Of a stretch of 64,000 bases of DNA, positions 1-10,389 are shown one piece after another. The position numbers and the translations under genes were made by a program. The stretch lies in contig JAWODC010000082.1 of assembly GCA_046483495.1 (NCBI GenBank), positions 6,551-70,550 of the forward strand, given 5' to 3'. A model generated the notes under the pieces. It saw only the letters and a list, made by a program, of their open reading frames with translations. It did not search any database and was not told the origin of the DNA. Origin of the DNA: Desulfobacterales bacterium (GTDB lineage Bacteria > Desulfobacterota > Desulfobacteria > Desulfobacterales > UBA5616). The number at the start of each line of letters is the position of its first letter. The stretch's first letter is position 1.

Positions 1-1
1 C

Positions 2-313
2 GTGGAGGGCCTTCGCAAGCTGGGGGTTACCGTACCCGTGATTCCCGGCATCATGCCGGTTTATACGGTCAAAATGACTCGAATGCTGGCGAAGGTATGC
101 GGGGCCACCCTGACCGAAGCATTGAACGAAGGTCTTGCGGCTATCGATACCGAAGATTCGAATGCCGTTCTGGATTTCGGTATCGATACGGCCGTCCGTC
201 AGTGCCGCGGATTATTGAAAGAAGGGGTCCCGGGGCTTCATTTTTACACCATGAATCGAAGCAGATCCACCACGCAAATCATTCACCGGCTGAAGCGGGA
301 AAATCTTCTTTAG
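2..313 (+). CDS. metF: Methylenetetrahydrofolate reductase, C-terminal part (gene begins before the window)
   Basis: VPVIPGIMP and GVPGLHFYTMNRS motifs typical of the MetF C-terminus; ORF open at the window edge. Confidence 0.85.
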   Translation: MEGLRKLGVTVPVIPGIMPVYTVKMTRMLAKVCGATLTEALNEGLAAIDTEDSNAVLDFGIDTAVRQCRGLLKEGVPGLHFYTMNRSRSTTQIIHRLKRENLL

Positions 314-362
314 ACCGCATTGACAAGTTCCCGCGCTCTGGACGGGAGGAGTGCTGCTTTTC

Positions 363-443
363 ATGAAAGTGCTATGGGCTGTAAGCTCGGTCGGCAAAGG
401 CCATGTCACCCGCGACATGGCCCCTTTCCGTTTTAGAGGATGA
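363..443 (+). pseudogene. N-terminal remnant of a GT-B glycosyltransferase (26 aa)
   Basis: GGAGGAG upstream; translates MKVLWAVSSVGKGHVTRDMAPFRFRG*, resembling the MKILxAVSSxGxGHxxRD start of GT-B enzymes, then runs into the end of the convergent gene. Confidence 0.5.
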
Positions 444-1656
444 CCGCCTTTTCCTTCAGCGCCTCGATCTCCTCCCAGGAATAGCCGCCCAAGTCCATCA
501 GCACCTCTTCGGTATTTTGCCCCAGTGCCGGGGCTTCACATCGAACACTGCCCGGCGTTTCGCTCAAGTGAATAGGAACGCCAAGCACTTTTGACGGCCC
601 GAAAACTTCGTGTTGCGTTTCGATAATATAATTATTGGCCTTTACTTGGGGATCGTTTTCCAGGTCGTAGGGGGTCTGAATCGGCGTACAGATGATATCA
701 CCGGTTTTTTTCAAAACCGATGTCCATTCCCGTGCGGTCTTCGTTTGAAAGATGCTATCCAGAATGGCAATAAGCTCGGCGGAATTGTCCATTCGGGTTT
801 GAATACCGTCGAATTTCGGATCTTTTTCCAGGTGCGAAATGCCCAGTGCTTTGCACAAGACAGGCCATTTTTCATCGGGCACCAGCATGCCGAGCATGAT
901 CCAGGTGCCGTTCTTGCATGGATAATGATTCCAAAGAGGATTTCTGGCCTTCTCCCGGTCTGTCTTGAAGTAGGCCGTCAGGTCTTGTTTGTGGTAAAGC
1001 TGCATGCCGATGGTAAGCCCTTGAAGAGCCATCATGCTTCCAAGGTGGGATACATCCACCTGCTGACCGACCCCGAGTCTTTCCCGGGCCACAATTGCTG
1101 CGAGGATCCCGTAGGCCGTCATGATTCCCCCCATCTGGTCTGCAATAGCACCGCCAATGGTCAGCGGAGGTGTTTCGTTTCCCCCGAGCATGGTCATAAT
1201 GCCGCACCTGGCCAGACCGATCATATCGAAAGCAGGTTCCACGGATTCGGGTCCTCTCGGTCCGTATCCGGATGCCGCCGCATAGATCAGTTTCGGGTTG
1301 TACTCTTTTAATGTGGTGTAATCCAGGTGAAGATTTTCAGGAACCCCCTGCCGAAAATTATGGACAAATACATCCGACATTTTCACCAAGCGGTAAATGA
1401 TATCCCTGCCCTCTTCTTTCATCAGGTCGACGGCAATGCTTTCTTTACCCCGGTTGTTTACCTCGAAATAAGCGCCCCGCTCTTCGGGCAACTCCGCCAC
1501 GCCCGGAAATTTAAGATATCGGCCGCTATCGCCGGTTTCCTTGTTTTCGATGTGAATGACTCTGGCTCCCAAATCGGCCAGCATCGCAGACGCCCAGGGG
1601 CCCATTTGCCACTGGGTCCAATCCAGTACGATAATTCCTTCCAATGGTGCGGTCAT
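433..1656 (-). CDS. CaiB/BaiF family (class III) CoA-transferase
   Basis: PLEGIIVLDW, LADLGARVIHIE, NRGKESIAVDL, catalytic Asp region AFDMIG; GGAGG RBS before the ATG at 1656. Confidence 0.92.
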   Translation of the reverse strand: MTAPLEGIIVLDWTQWQMGPWASAMLADLGARVIHIENKETGDSGRYLKFPGVAELPEERGAYFEVNNRGKESIAVDLMKEEGRDIIYRLVKMSDVFVHNFRQGVPENLHLDYTTLKEYNPKLIYAAASGYGPRGPESVEPAFDMIGLARCGIMTMLGGNETPPLTIGGAIADQMGGIMTAYGILAAIVARERLGVGQQVDVSHLGSMMALQGLTIGMQLYHKQDLTAYFKTDREKARNPLWNHYPCKNGTWIMLGMLVPDEKWPVLCKALGISHLEKDPKFDGIQTRMDNSAELIAILDSIFQTKTAREWTSVLKKTGDIICTPIQTPYDLENDPQVKANNYIIETQHEVFGPSKVLGVPIHLSETPGSVRCEAPALGQNTEEVLMDLGGYSWEEIEALKEKAVIL

Positions 1657-1965
1657 GGGCCATTTCCTCCCTCTAAAATATCGATCATCGATGTTCTTGA
1701 ACAAGTACCTTTATCACCCCTTATCCCATGCCTAAAAAAAATTAAAGGGAAATCCTTCCGGCGCCGTACCCTTCAGGAAAGTGAATGATGTCGAGATCGC
1801 AACAAGACAGCTCTTCCGTTTTCAGAGGAAGGAATCCCAAAAACCGACAAATTCATTTGAAAACGGCCCGTTTATACTATATGTTACACAATAACTATAC
1901 TACCCGTGCTATTGTCGGCGATGCGTCGAATTGCAACAGCTCTGAATGCTCAAGGAGAATCACCA

Positions 1966-3444
1966 ATGAACATACTGCTTATTTATCCCCATTTTCCCGA
2001 CACCTTCTGGTCTTTTAAATATGCCCTGCGTTTCATCAGAAAAAGAGCGGCGCACCCGCCTCTCGGTCTGCTTACCGTTGCCTCCCTACTTCCGGAGAAA
2101 TGGTCGAAGCGCCTGATCGATCTCAATGTAACAAGGCTTTCGGATATCGATCTGGCATGGGCGGACATGGTATTTATCGGCGGCATGGCCATTCAGCGGG
2201 AATCCGCCAACCAGGTTATCGCCCGCTGCAAAGATGCGGGTTTGCGGATCGTGGCCGGAGGGCCGCTCTTTACCTCGGAGCCGGATGAATTCACGGATGT
2301 CGACCACCTCGTACTGGATGAAGCCGAAATGACACTGCCTGAATTTCTCTCGGACCTGGCGAACCAAACACCCAGAAAGATTTACAGGGCCGCAGGTTTT
2401 TGCGATATTCATCAAACCCCGGTTCCCTCATACGATCTGCTGCAGCTCAAGCAATACGCTTCCATGAGCATTCAGTTTTCAAGGGGATGTCCCTTCGATT
2501 GTGAATTCTGCAACGTGACGACACTATTCGGTCATCGTCCCCGCCTGAAAACACCCGAACAGGTTATCCTGGAATTGGATCGCATTTACAGCACCGGATG
2601 GCGGAACGGCATATTTTTTGTCGACGACAACTTCATCGGAAACAAACGGTATTTAAAACACCAGCTGTTGCCTGCCCTGATTGAGTGGCGCAAAAGGAAA
2701 AAGGGCTGCGTTTTTTTCACGGAGGCCTCCATCAATCTTGCCGATGATGAAGAACTCATGGCAATGATGGCAAAAGCCGGTTTTGATTCCGTGTTTATCG
2801 GCATAGAATCACCGGATGAAGAATGCCTGGCGGAGTGTCATAAAATACAGAATAAAAACCGGGATCTCATGGAAAGCGTAAAAAAAATTCATCGCGCGGG
2901 GCTGCAGGTGATGGGCGGATTCATCGTGGGATTCGACAACGATACGCAATCGATATTTCAGCGCCAGGTGGATTTTATTCAGAAAAGCGGGATCGTCACC
3001 GCCATGGTCGGGATGCTTCAGGCACCCCCGGGAACACGGCTGTTCGACCGTCTGAAATTGGAAAACCGGTTGACCGGCAACTTTTCGGGAGACAATGTCG
3101 ACGGTTCTACCAATATCATTCCAAAAATGGGAATGGATCGGCTTTCGGAAGGCTACCGGTTTATCATGAAACAAATCTATTCACCCGGAAATTTCTATCG
3201 GCGCATCCGGCATGTTCTGGAGGATCTTAAAGAACCGGAGTTGAGAATGCCGTTGGATTTGCAACGGATTCTGGCGTTTTTTCGCTCAGGTCTTCGTCTG
3301 GGCTTCTGGGGAAAGGAACGACTGGAATACTGGCGACTGATTTTCTGGACGCTTTTTCGAAAACCGAAAATGATGCCCCTGGCGGTCACACTGGCCATAT
3401 ACGGCTATCATTATCGAAAAATCTGCGAACTGTACATTCTTTAG
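1966..3444 (+). CDS. Cobalamin-binding radical SAM protein (class B, DUF4070/HpnP-like)
   Basis: N-terminal B12-binding domain (PPLGLLTVA, GGPL), CPFDCEFC motif, FVDDNF; AGGAG RBS before 1966. Confidence 0.9.
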   Translation: MNILLIYPHFPDTFWSFKYALRFIRKRAAHPPLGLLTVASLLPEKWSKRLIDLNVTRLSDIDLAWADMVFIGGMAIQRESANQVIARCKDAGLRIVAGGPLFTSEPDEFTDVDHLVLDEAEMTLPEFLSDLANQTPRKIYRAAGFCDIHQTPVPSYDLLQLKQYASMSIQFSRGCPFDCEFCNVTTLFGHRPRLKTPEQVILELDRIYSTGWRNGIFFVDDNFIGNKRYLKHQLLPALIEWRKRKKGCVFFTEASINLADDEELMAMMAKAGFDSVFIGIESPDEECLAECHKIQNKNRDLMESVKKIHRAGLQVMGGFIVGFDNDTQSIFQRQVDFIQKSGIVTAMVGMLQAPPGTRLFDRLKLENRLTGNFSGDNVDGSTNIIPKMGMDRLSEGYRFIMKQIYSPGNFYRRIRHVLEDLKEPELRMPLDLQRILAFFRSGLRLGFWGKERLEYWRLIFWTLFRKPKMMPLAVTLAIYGYHYRKICELYIL

Positions 3445-4806
3445 ATGGATCACAAACCGGATATCCAACCATCGATGAAGGATTCCGCAGCCATTCCACC
3501 AATCGGACAGAGCAAGGTGTTTTACGGGTGGTGGGTGGTGGGGGCCTGTGCTCTCATCGCCCTTGCCGCCGCAGTGACGCGTTACGCCTTCAGTATTTTC
3601 ATGCCGTACATGCTTCAGGACCTGGGATGGACCCGGGCGGCCATCGGTGCCGCCTTGACCCTCCACATGATCGTATATGCCGTCGGCGCCGTATTTATCG
3701 GCAGGTTGACCGATAAATACGGGTCACGGTGGATCATGTCGGCCGGCGGCATTTTATTGATGGCGGGGTTGGCGGTCATGTCACGCATCGATTCGATATG
3801 GCAGTTTTATATCGGATACAGCTTTATCGCCGCTCTCGGTGTCACCGCTACGTACATCGTCCCCAATACGGCAACCGCCAGGCAATGGTTTTTCAAAAAG
3901 GCCGGGCTTGCCGTTGCCCTTGTCCTGGCGGGTTCCGGCCTGGGACTTGCCGTCATCTCTCCGATTTCCCCATATCTCATCGAACGCTTCGGCTGGCGGA
4001 CCAGTTACCTCATCATCGGCTTTGTAGTCGGTTTTCTGGCCATACTGGCATCCGTTTTCGTCGTCAGGAAAAATCCTGAATCCATGGGTCTGCTGCCTGA
4101 CGGCGAACAACATGTTCCGCAAAACCAAATTGCATCGGGTCCACAGCCGGCACACCCTCTGAAGGAAGAGCGCTGGACGGTAAAGGAAGCCCTTGGAACG
4201 CGCTCCTTCTGGATGTTTCTCATGGTTTATCCGCTCGGCGCCATTGCGCTGATGGGGGTTCTCGCCCATATCGCCGCATGGGGGTTCGACATTGCAAAAA
4301 TGGAGGGCATGGCAACGGAAAGCGTGGGCAAATTCATCGGCACCGCCATGATGGTGATGGCGCTTTGCGCCACAGGGTCGCGGCTCGTGACCGGCCCGTT
4401 GTCGGATCGGGTGGGTCGAAAACCCATTATTTATGCATCCTATGCAATTCAAATTCTTGTTTTCGCCTATGCCGTTCAAGTTGACTCGCTCTCCGGCTTC
4501 ATGATATTCGCCGTAGCCAACGGCATTGCCTACGGGGCGGTAATGCCGTTGTGGGTTCCGTTTGTCGCGGATATCTTCGGTCGTTTTTCCATCGCCACCC
4601 TGATGGGCATGCTCACCTTCACCGGCGGGGTTATCAACGGACTCGGCCCCGTTATTTTCGGATGGATTTTCGATAAAACAGGCTCCTATTCCGGAGCGTT
4701 TATTTTCGGCATCGTCACTTTCATGGTGTCCATCATCCTGGTTTCCATGATCAAGCCGGTTTCAAAAAAGAAAACCGGCGCTTCACTTAACATCGCAACC
4801 GATTAG
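3445..4806 (+). CDS. MFS transporter (OFA/MCT-like)
   Basis: FYGWWVV start, about 12 hydrophobic segments, motif A GRLTDKYGSR and LSDRVGRK. Confidence 0.9.
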   Translation: MDHKPDIQPSMKDSAAIPPIGQSKVFYGWWVVGACALIALAAAVTRYAFSIFMPYMLQDLGWTRAAIGAALTLHMIVYAVGAVFIGRLTDKYGSRWIMSAGGILLMAGLAVMSRIDSIWQFYIGYSFIAALGVTATYIVPNTATARQWFFKKAGLAVALVLAGSGLGLAVISPISPYLIERFGWRTSYLIIGFVVGFLAILASVFVVRKNPESMGLLPDGEQHVPQNQIASGPQPAHPLKEERWTVKEALGTRSFWMFLMVYPLGAIALMGVLAHIAAWGFDIAKMEGMATESVGKFIGTAMMVMALCATGSRLVTGPLSDRVGRKPIIYASYAIQILVFAYAVQVDSLSGFMIFAVANGIAYGAVMPLWVPFVADIFGRFSIATLMGMLTFTGGVINGLGPVIFGWIFDKTGSYSGAFIFGIVTFMVSIILVSMIKPVSKKKTGASLNIATD

Positions 4807-4821
4807 AAAGGAAGAGAACCT

Positions 4822-5835
4822 ATGGCGGTTCGAGCGTTTTATGAGGAATATGCAAGTCTTCTCGGGTTTCCGGGTTCGGAAATCTTATACAAGATCTTCG
4901 ATGTGCTTTATGATGACGAAGATGATATGAAGATCCTTCAGGCCCTTCCGGGAAATGTCGAATCCATTTCAAAAGCCTCCGGTATTCCCGAAGAACGCCT
5001 CAAACCGCGTCTCGAAGAGTTGTGGCGGAAAGGCGGTGTCCAGGGCGGCATGGGATATTATGCCCTGATCAAGGGACTGATCGTGCTTCGGGACATGTCG
5101 GTCATGTGGCCCCAAACCTCCCAGGAATACTGGGAGCTGTGGGAGGAGATGTTCACGAAAGAGCATGAACGGCACACCGCTTTCTTGAATTCCAAGAATT
5201 ATCCGCCGGCCATGCGGGTGCTGCCGGTAAACGAGACAGTCGATTCCGAAAGCCGAATTCTGGATGTGGATTCAGCGGCAAAGGTTTTTCAGGATGCCCG
5301 TGTGATCAGCGCCGTTGACTGCGCTTGCCGCCTCCAGGCGAAAAAGGTCGGCCGGGGTCAGAACTGCCCGGCCCCCGAAACCGCCAATTGCTTTGCCACA
5401 AACAGGATAGCAGACATGATCATCGCCCGTGGAATCGGGACCGAAATTTCACTGGGGGACGCGCTTAAGCGGCTCAAGGAATGCGAGGACGCCGGTTTGG
5501 TGCACATGGCCCGAAACAATGTGGCGGAAGACATGTTCATGTGCAACTGCTGTTCCTGCTGCTGCCACGGTCTCCACATGATCAATGACGGAAGTTATAC
5601 CGGGGCCTTCGCACCCTCCCGGTTCCGGGTAACATTTGACGCCGATCTCTGCACCGGCTGCGGTGAATGTGAGAGCAGGTGCCAGTTTCAGGCCATTACG
5701 GTGAACGGGATTGCCCAAATCGATTTCGACAAGTGCTTCGGTTGCGGCAATTGCGTCACCACCTGCCCTGTCGGAGCCCTTGTTCTTACCGAAATTCGAC
5801 CGGTGGATTCCATACGTACGGCAAAAAAAAGATGA
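4822..5835 (+). CDS. 4Fe-4S dicluster protein with N-terminal helical domain and Cys-rich middle
   Basis: CACR and CNCCSCCC motifs plus two ferredoxin motifs CTGCGECESRC and CFGCGNCVTTCP. Confidence 0.88.
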   Translation: MAVRAFYEEYASLLGFPGSEILYKIFDVLYDDEDDMKILQALPGNVESISKASGIPEERLKPRLEELWRKGGVQGGMGYYALIKGLIVLRDMSVMWPQTSQEYWELWEEMFTKEHERHTAFLNSKNYPPAMRVLPVNETVDSESRILDVDSAAKVFQDARVISAVDCACRLQAKKVGRGQNCPAPETANCFATNRIADMIIARGIGTEISLGDALKRLKECEDAGLVHMARNNVAEDMFMCNCCSCCCHGLHMINDGSYTGAFAPSRFRVTFDADLCTGCGECESRCQFQAITVNGIAQIDFDKCFGCGNCVTTCPVGALVLTEIRPVDSIRTAKKR

Positions 5836-5882
5836 CCCGGCGGTTCCCCGAACGGGTCTCGGGATAAACGAAGAACGCAAAG

Positions 5883-5908
5883 GCACCACCCCCCCGACCG
5901 GGTGGTGC
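5883..5908. terminator. Hairpin between convergent genes
   Basis: GCACCACCC-N8-GGGTGGTGC perfect 9-bp stem. Confidence 0.55.
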
Positions 5909-5952
5909 TGTATCCTTCTACTCCGTCTTTGGATAGAAAACCGAAAGATGCG

Positions 5953-7452
5953 TTAAAACGTCACCCGGTTCCGGCCCGAATCTCGATCAAATCGCACTTC
6001 CCCTCTTTTTCCGACCAGTTCTTCTTCTTCCCACCGGATCAAGGCACCTGAATCGTCATCGATGTCCGCCAGTGCCCGCCGGCCGTCTGAAAGCCGTCCC
6101 AGAACGAGACCGCGTTCGGGTCGTCCGGACCCATCATGAATCACCGTGTAGGCCTCCACCGTCAACCGCCCGGCGGCCTCTTTGACAGCGCCGGGAAGCG
6201 CCTCTTCATCGATGGATGCCTGAATGGCCGAATCCTCCATGTCCTCCCAGGAAACAGGGCCCGGCTTCGTACCGTATACCACAATGGCGTGTTTTGTCAT
6301 GTACCAGCCGGTTGCCGTTACCATGGCGAATCGGGAACGGCCCTTTTGAATGTAATCGATAACCGTCGCCACCGCGTGCATGGAATAATTGTTCATCGGT
6401 CCCCCGAAATACGGCAGCCCCCCCGTTACACTGAGATCCCGGGCATCCCTCTCGGAAAGACCGAGCGCATGCCGCCCCATTTCCACGGCACAGGGAAAAC
6501 AGCTGTAGAGATCGAAAACGTCGATATCGTCAATGCCGATGCCGGCCCGCTCCAATGATGTTTGAGCACCCTTGGCAAGCGCCACGGATTCATGGATCCG
6601 CCTTCGTCGGCTCACATACCAGACGTCATTCAATTCCGCTTTTCCCATGGGATAAACCCATCGGGAGGGTTCGATGCCCAGGCTTTCGGCCGTTTCTTCG
6701 CTTGTCATAACCAGTGCCGCCGATTGGTCCACAAACATATTGGCAACCATGCGCTTGGTGTACGGGTAAGCAATATACCGGTTTTCCGCGGTCGGCGCGG
6801 TCAGCACATCGCCGGTTTCGAAGGTCTGAATCCAGCTATAGGGGTTTTGTGCTGCAATTCGGGTCAGATGTTCACAGATGCTTCCCATGTGCCGGCGATG
6901 CGCTTCGAGAGATCTTCCCGCCGCCCCCCTGAGTGCCGTTTCAAAAAGCGGATAAATAATAGTCGGAAGCAGCAGCCCGTATGCCTCTTCTACATCGTCG
7001 AGGCTGCGCCGCTCATTTCCGTCGACGCGCTTTGGAAATTTTCGTTCCGGCCAATTCAGCATCACTTCGCCTTTGGCGGCCCGCCGGTTGGCGTAAACGG
7101 ATTCACCCCCGCCGATCAGTACGGCACGACTTTCTCCGGATGCAATCGCCTTTGCCGCCCGGCAAACGAGCATTTGGGGGCTGTTGCCGCCCATGGCCGA
7201 ATAAAATGTATCATGGGGGGTAATCCCCAGTACGGCGGCCCAAAGGCCGGGGGCATCTTCATACGAATAGGACTGAATGTTGACCACATAGACGGAATCG
7301 ATCATTTTTTTTATCGCCGGGGTTCCGGTATTCGACAAGGCAATCCGCCCGGCGTTTGCCATCATCCCCATGGGGTCCATTGGGTTTTCGGTGTTCTTGG
7401 ATTGGGTAAACTGGCCGGCACCTACGATAACCGGTATCCGATGTCTTTTCAT
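5953..7452 (-). CDS. Thiolase-like protein (TLP1-type acetyl-CoA acetyltransferase family, extra C-terminal domain)
   Basis: PVIVGAGQ, GGNSPQ, DLYSCFP, TGGLPYFGGPMNNY, C-terminal VEAYTV...GRRALA domain. Confidence 0.85.
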   Translation of the reverse strand: MKRHRIPVIVGAGQFTQSKNTENPMDPMGMMANAGRIALSNTGTPAIKKMIDSVYVVNIQSYSYEDAPGLWAAVLGITPHDTFYSAMGGNSPQMLVCRAAKAIASGESRAVLIGGGESVYANRRAAKGEVMLNWPERKFPKRVDGNERRSLDDVEEAYGLLLPTIIYPLFETALRGAAGRSLEAHRRHMGSICEHLTRIAAQNPYSWIQTFETGDVLTAPTAENRYIAYPYTKRMVANMFVDQSAALVMTSEETAESLGIEPSRWVYPMGKAELNDVWYVSRRRRIHESVALAKGAQTSLERAGIGIDDIDVFDLYSCFPCAVEMGRHALGLSERDARDLSVTGGLPYFGGPMNNYSMHAVATVIDYIQKGRSRFAMVTATGWYMTKHAIVVYGTKPGPVSWEDMEDSAIQASIDEEALPGAVKEAAGRLTVEAYTVIHDGSGRPERGLVLGRLSDGRRALADIDDDSGALIRWEEEELVGKRGEVRFDRDSGRNRVTF

Positions 7453-7491
7453 TATTTCTCCCTCAAATTGGCGGCAAAGGTATAAGACAGC

Positions 7492-8574
7492 CTAATCATG
7501 GTTTATTTTCAATTCTCGTGCAACCGCCCCGATAAACTCGGTAGTTGACGCTCCGCCCCCCTGATCCGGCGTCAGACACTTTCCTTTTCGGTAAACGGTC
7601 TTCAGGGCCGATGTGATTTCACCCGCCGTTTCGGCGAACCCCAGATATTCCAGCATCATTACCGCGGAAAGAAGCGTGGCGGTGGGGTTGATGGTGTTTT
7701 TGCCGGCAATGTCCGGGGCAGTTCCGTGTGCCGGCTCAAAATAGGCGTAATCCGTTCCGAAACAGCCGCTGGGTGCCAGTCCCAAACCGCCGATAAGCCC
7801 TGCGGCGGCATCGGAAAGGAGGTCACCGTAAAGATTCGGCAGAAGAACGACATCCAGCTTTTCGGGATTCATCACCATGAAATGCGCCAGATTGTCCACG
7901 ATCATCGTTTCAAAAATGATATCCGGATAGTCCTTCGCCGTCTCACGGGCAATATCGACAAAAAGACCGTCGGATTGGGACAGCATATTGTATTTCGAGG
8001 AAGCCGTCACTTTTCCGGGCAGCCCCTCTTTCTTGCGGCGCCGGGCGAGATCGAAGGCAAAACAGGCGATGCGCTCGCTCGCTGACCGGGTGATCACCTT
8101 GACTCCGTATTTTCCCTCCCCTATTTCCGAAACGGATTTCTGCAGAATGGGGCTGACCAGGCCTGATTTTTTCAGGTCTTCCAAGTCCCCTTCCACCATG
8201 AGATACAGGTCTTCGGTGTTTTCCCGGACAATGACGAAATCGATGCCGTTCGGCCGCGCAAGGGGACTTTTACATCCGGGCATAAACGTTGCCGGCCGCA
8301 CATTGGCAAATGTCTGTTTTCCCCACCTCAAATACATCAGGGCGAATACGCTCTTGCCGCTTGCGGCACCGAAAAGGGTCGTATTCGAATCATCGATGGC
8401 ATCTCTGGCCGCATCGGGAAAAATCGAATCGTACTGCTGAAGCCCTTTTTCTCCCACAGGCGGGTAAACCCATTTGATTCCGAGGTCCATCGCTTCGATC
8501 AAGCGTACTACCGGTCGGACGGCTTCCGGAGAAGCATCCTCCCCCTCGATAACGCACACGCGCTTTTGGGCCAT
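7492..8574 (-). CDS. Isocitrate/isopropylmalate dehydrogenase family protein (LeuB-like)
   Basis: [36 protein letters not shown]. Confidence 0.9.
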   Translation of the reverse strand: MAQKRVCVIEGEDASPEAVRPVVRLIEAMDLGIKWVYPPVGEKGLQQYDSIFPDAARDAIDDSNTTLFGAASGKSVFALMYLRWGKQTFANVRPATFMPGCKSPLARPNGIDFVIVRENTEDLYLMVEGDLEDLKKSGLVSPILQKSVSEIGEGKYGVKVITRSASERIACFAFDLARRRKKEGLPGKVTASSKYNMLSQSDGLFVDIARETAKDYPDIIFETMIVDNLAHFMVMNPEKLDVVLLPNLYGDLLSDAAAGLIGGLGLAPSGCFGTDYAYFEPAHGTAPDIAGKNTINPTATLLSAVMMLEYLGFAETAGEITSALKTVYRKGKCLTPDQGGGASTTEFIGAVARELKINHD

Positions 8575-8584
8575 TTTCGCCTCC

Positions 8585-9094
8585 TCAGGCTTGCGGGGTC
8601 TTCTGAGTCATCCTTTCCTTGAGCATGTTTACTAAACCGCCTTTTTTGATAATCGAGAGCATTTCGGGGGTATACGGCTGCCCTTGCAGCGTGGTTTTAC
8701 GGGTGAGATTATCGATTCGGGCTTCTTTGAGATGAACCGCTATCCGGTCACCTTCCTCGAATGCACGCGAGCACTCGGCACAGACGATACAGGGAAGCGC
8801 AATGGCAAGCGCATTGCGAAAGAAAATACGTCCGAACGATTCCGCAACGATCGCGGCAATTCCCAACAGCTTCATGTTTTCAGCCGCCTGCTCACGGCTG
8901 GACCCGCATCCCCAGTTTCTTCCGGCGACGACCACGTCCCCCGGTTCGACCTGTTCGGAAAATCCCGGACGTATATGCAGAACAGAAGATTTGCGTTCCT
9001 TCCATCCGGCACTCATCATCTTCCATGGCGCCATGGCATCCGTATCCACATTATGTCCGAATTTCCAGATACGCCCTGAAATGACCTCTTCCAT
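8585..9094 (-). CDS. Isopropylmalate/homoaconitate-type dehydratase small subunit (LeuD-like)
   Basis: NVDTD, NWGCGSSRE, AESFGRIFFRN. Confidence 0.92.
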   Translation of the reverse strand: MEEVISGRIWKFGHNVDTDAMAPWKMMSAGWKERKSSVLHIRPGFSEQVEPGDVVVAGRNWGCGSSREQAAENMKLLGIAAIVAESFGRIFFRNALAIALPCIVCAECSRAFEEGDRIAVHLKEARIDNLTRKTTLQGQPYTPEMLSIIKKGGLVNMLKERMTQKTPQA

Positions 9095-9117
9095 GCATTC
9101 CCTCCGGCGGATTGGTT

Positions 9118-10389
9118 TTATTCCCCCGCCTTTTCTTGTAGAAATTCCCTGGGATCGGTCAATCGCCCGGTAACGGCGGAAGCGGCGACGGTCGCCGGTG
9201 ATCCCAGATACACGCGTGCATCCTCACTTCCCATTCTGCCGCGAAAATTGCGGTTGGTAGACGATATGCAGGATTCGCCTTTTCCCAGCAGACCCATGTG
9301 ACTGCCCGGGCAGGCCCCGCAGCCCGCCGGCAGAAAATGGCCCCCGGCGGTCAATAAATCTTCCGCATAACCGAGTTTCACTGCGGCCAGCATGACGTCT
9401 TTCGATGCCGGGGCGATGAGCAGCCGCGTTTTGGGATGTACGTTGCGCCCCTTTAGAATCCGCGCCGCAACGGCAATGTCTTCGATCCGGCCGTTGGTGC
9501 AGGAGCCCAGATAGGCCTGGTCGACGGATACGTTTCCGGCGTCGACAACCGGCCCCACGTTTCCCGGGTTATGGGGAAGTGCCACTTGAGGTGGTATTTC
9601 ACCGACGTCGACCGAATGGACCGCTTCATAGACGGCGCCTTCGTCAGGACCGAAAGGCGCCGCCGAATACCCGGTCCGTTCACGAACATACGCGGCGGTC
9701 ATTTCATCGGCTTCGAAAAATGCGAATTTTGCACCGATTTCCACACCCATATTGCACATCGTCATCCGTTCCGACAAGCTCATCGACCGGGCCGCTTGAC
9801 CGCTGAACTCCACGGACCGGTACTGGGCGGCCTCGGTTCCGTATGCGCCCGCAATGTACAGTATGACATCCTTGGACATGACACCGAAAGCCGGACGTCC
9901 GGTCAGATCGAACCGAATGGTAGGCGGCACCATCATCCACAGCGATCCCGTTGCCATGACGTAGCTCATTTCGGTCTGGCCGATGCCCGTACCTCCGGCC
10001 CCCAGCGCGCCGTATGTCGTGGTATGGGAATCCGTTCCCAGGATCAACAGGCCGGGCATCACATTTCCGGATTCGCACATGACCTGATGGCACACCCCTT
10101 CGTACCCCAGATAGGCTTCGATGCCGAACTCCTCTACGGCGCGGCGGATCATTACATGCACATCGGCCATCGAGGCCGTAGGTGCCGGGAAGTAATGATC
10201 GAGAATCACCACCACGCGATCAGGATCATGCAGTTTTTTGACGCCTGCACTTTTTAATATCCAGTTACAGGCGGCAAACGCCTCGTGGACCATCAGACGG
10301 TCCGGCCGGACCGTAACGAATTGGCCGGCCGCGGCGCTGGAGCGGCCCGCAGCCCGGGCAAGCACTTTTTCCGCCATTGTCATATGCAT
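9118..10389 (-). CDS. Isopropylmalate/homoaconitate-type dehydratase large subunit (LeuC-like)
   Basis: TMAEKVL, DHY, GTDSHT, GSCTNGR, CGAC, STNRNF; start moved to the ATG at 10389 (GGAG RBS). Confidence 0.92.
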   Translation of the reverse strand: MHMTMAEKVLARAAGRSSAAAGQFVTVRPDRLMVHEAFAACNWILKSAGVKKLHDPDRVVVILDHYFPAPTASMADVHVMIRRAVEEFGIEAYLGYEGVCHQVMCESGNVMPGLLILGTDSHTTTYGALGAGGTGIGQTEMSYVMATGSLWMMVPPTIRFDLTGRPAFGVMSKDVILYIAGAYGTEAAQYRSVEFSGQAARSMSLSERMTMCNMGVEIGAKFAFFEADEMTAAYVRERTGYSAAPFGPDEGAVYEAVHSVDVGEIPPQVALPHNPGNVGPVVDAGNVSVDQAYLGSCTNGRIEDIAVAARILKGRNVHPKTRLLIAPASKDVMLAAVKLGYAEDLLTAGGHFLPAGCGACPGSHMGLLGKGESCISSTNRNFRGRMGSEDARVYLGSPATVAASAVTGRLTDPREFLQEKAGE

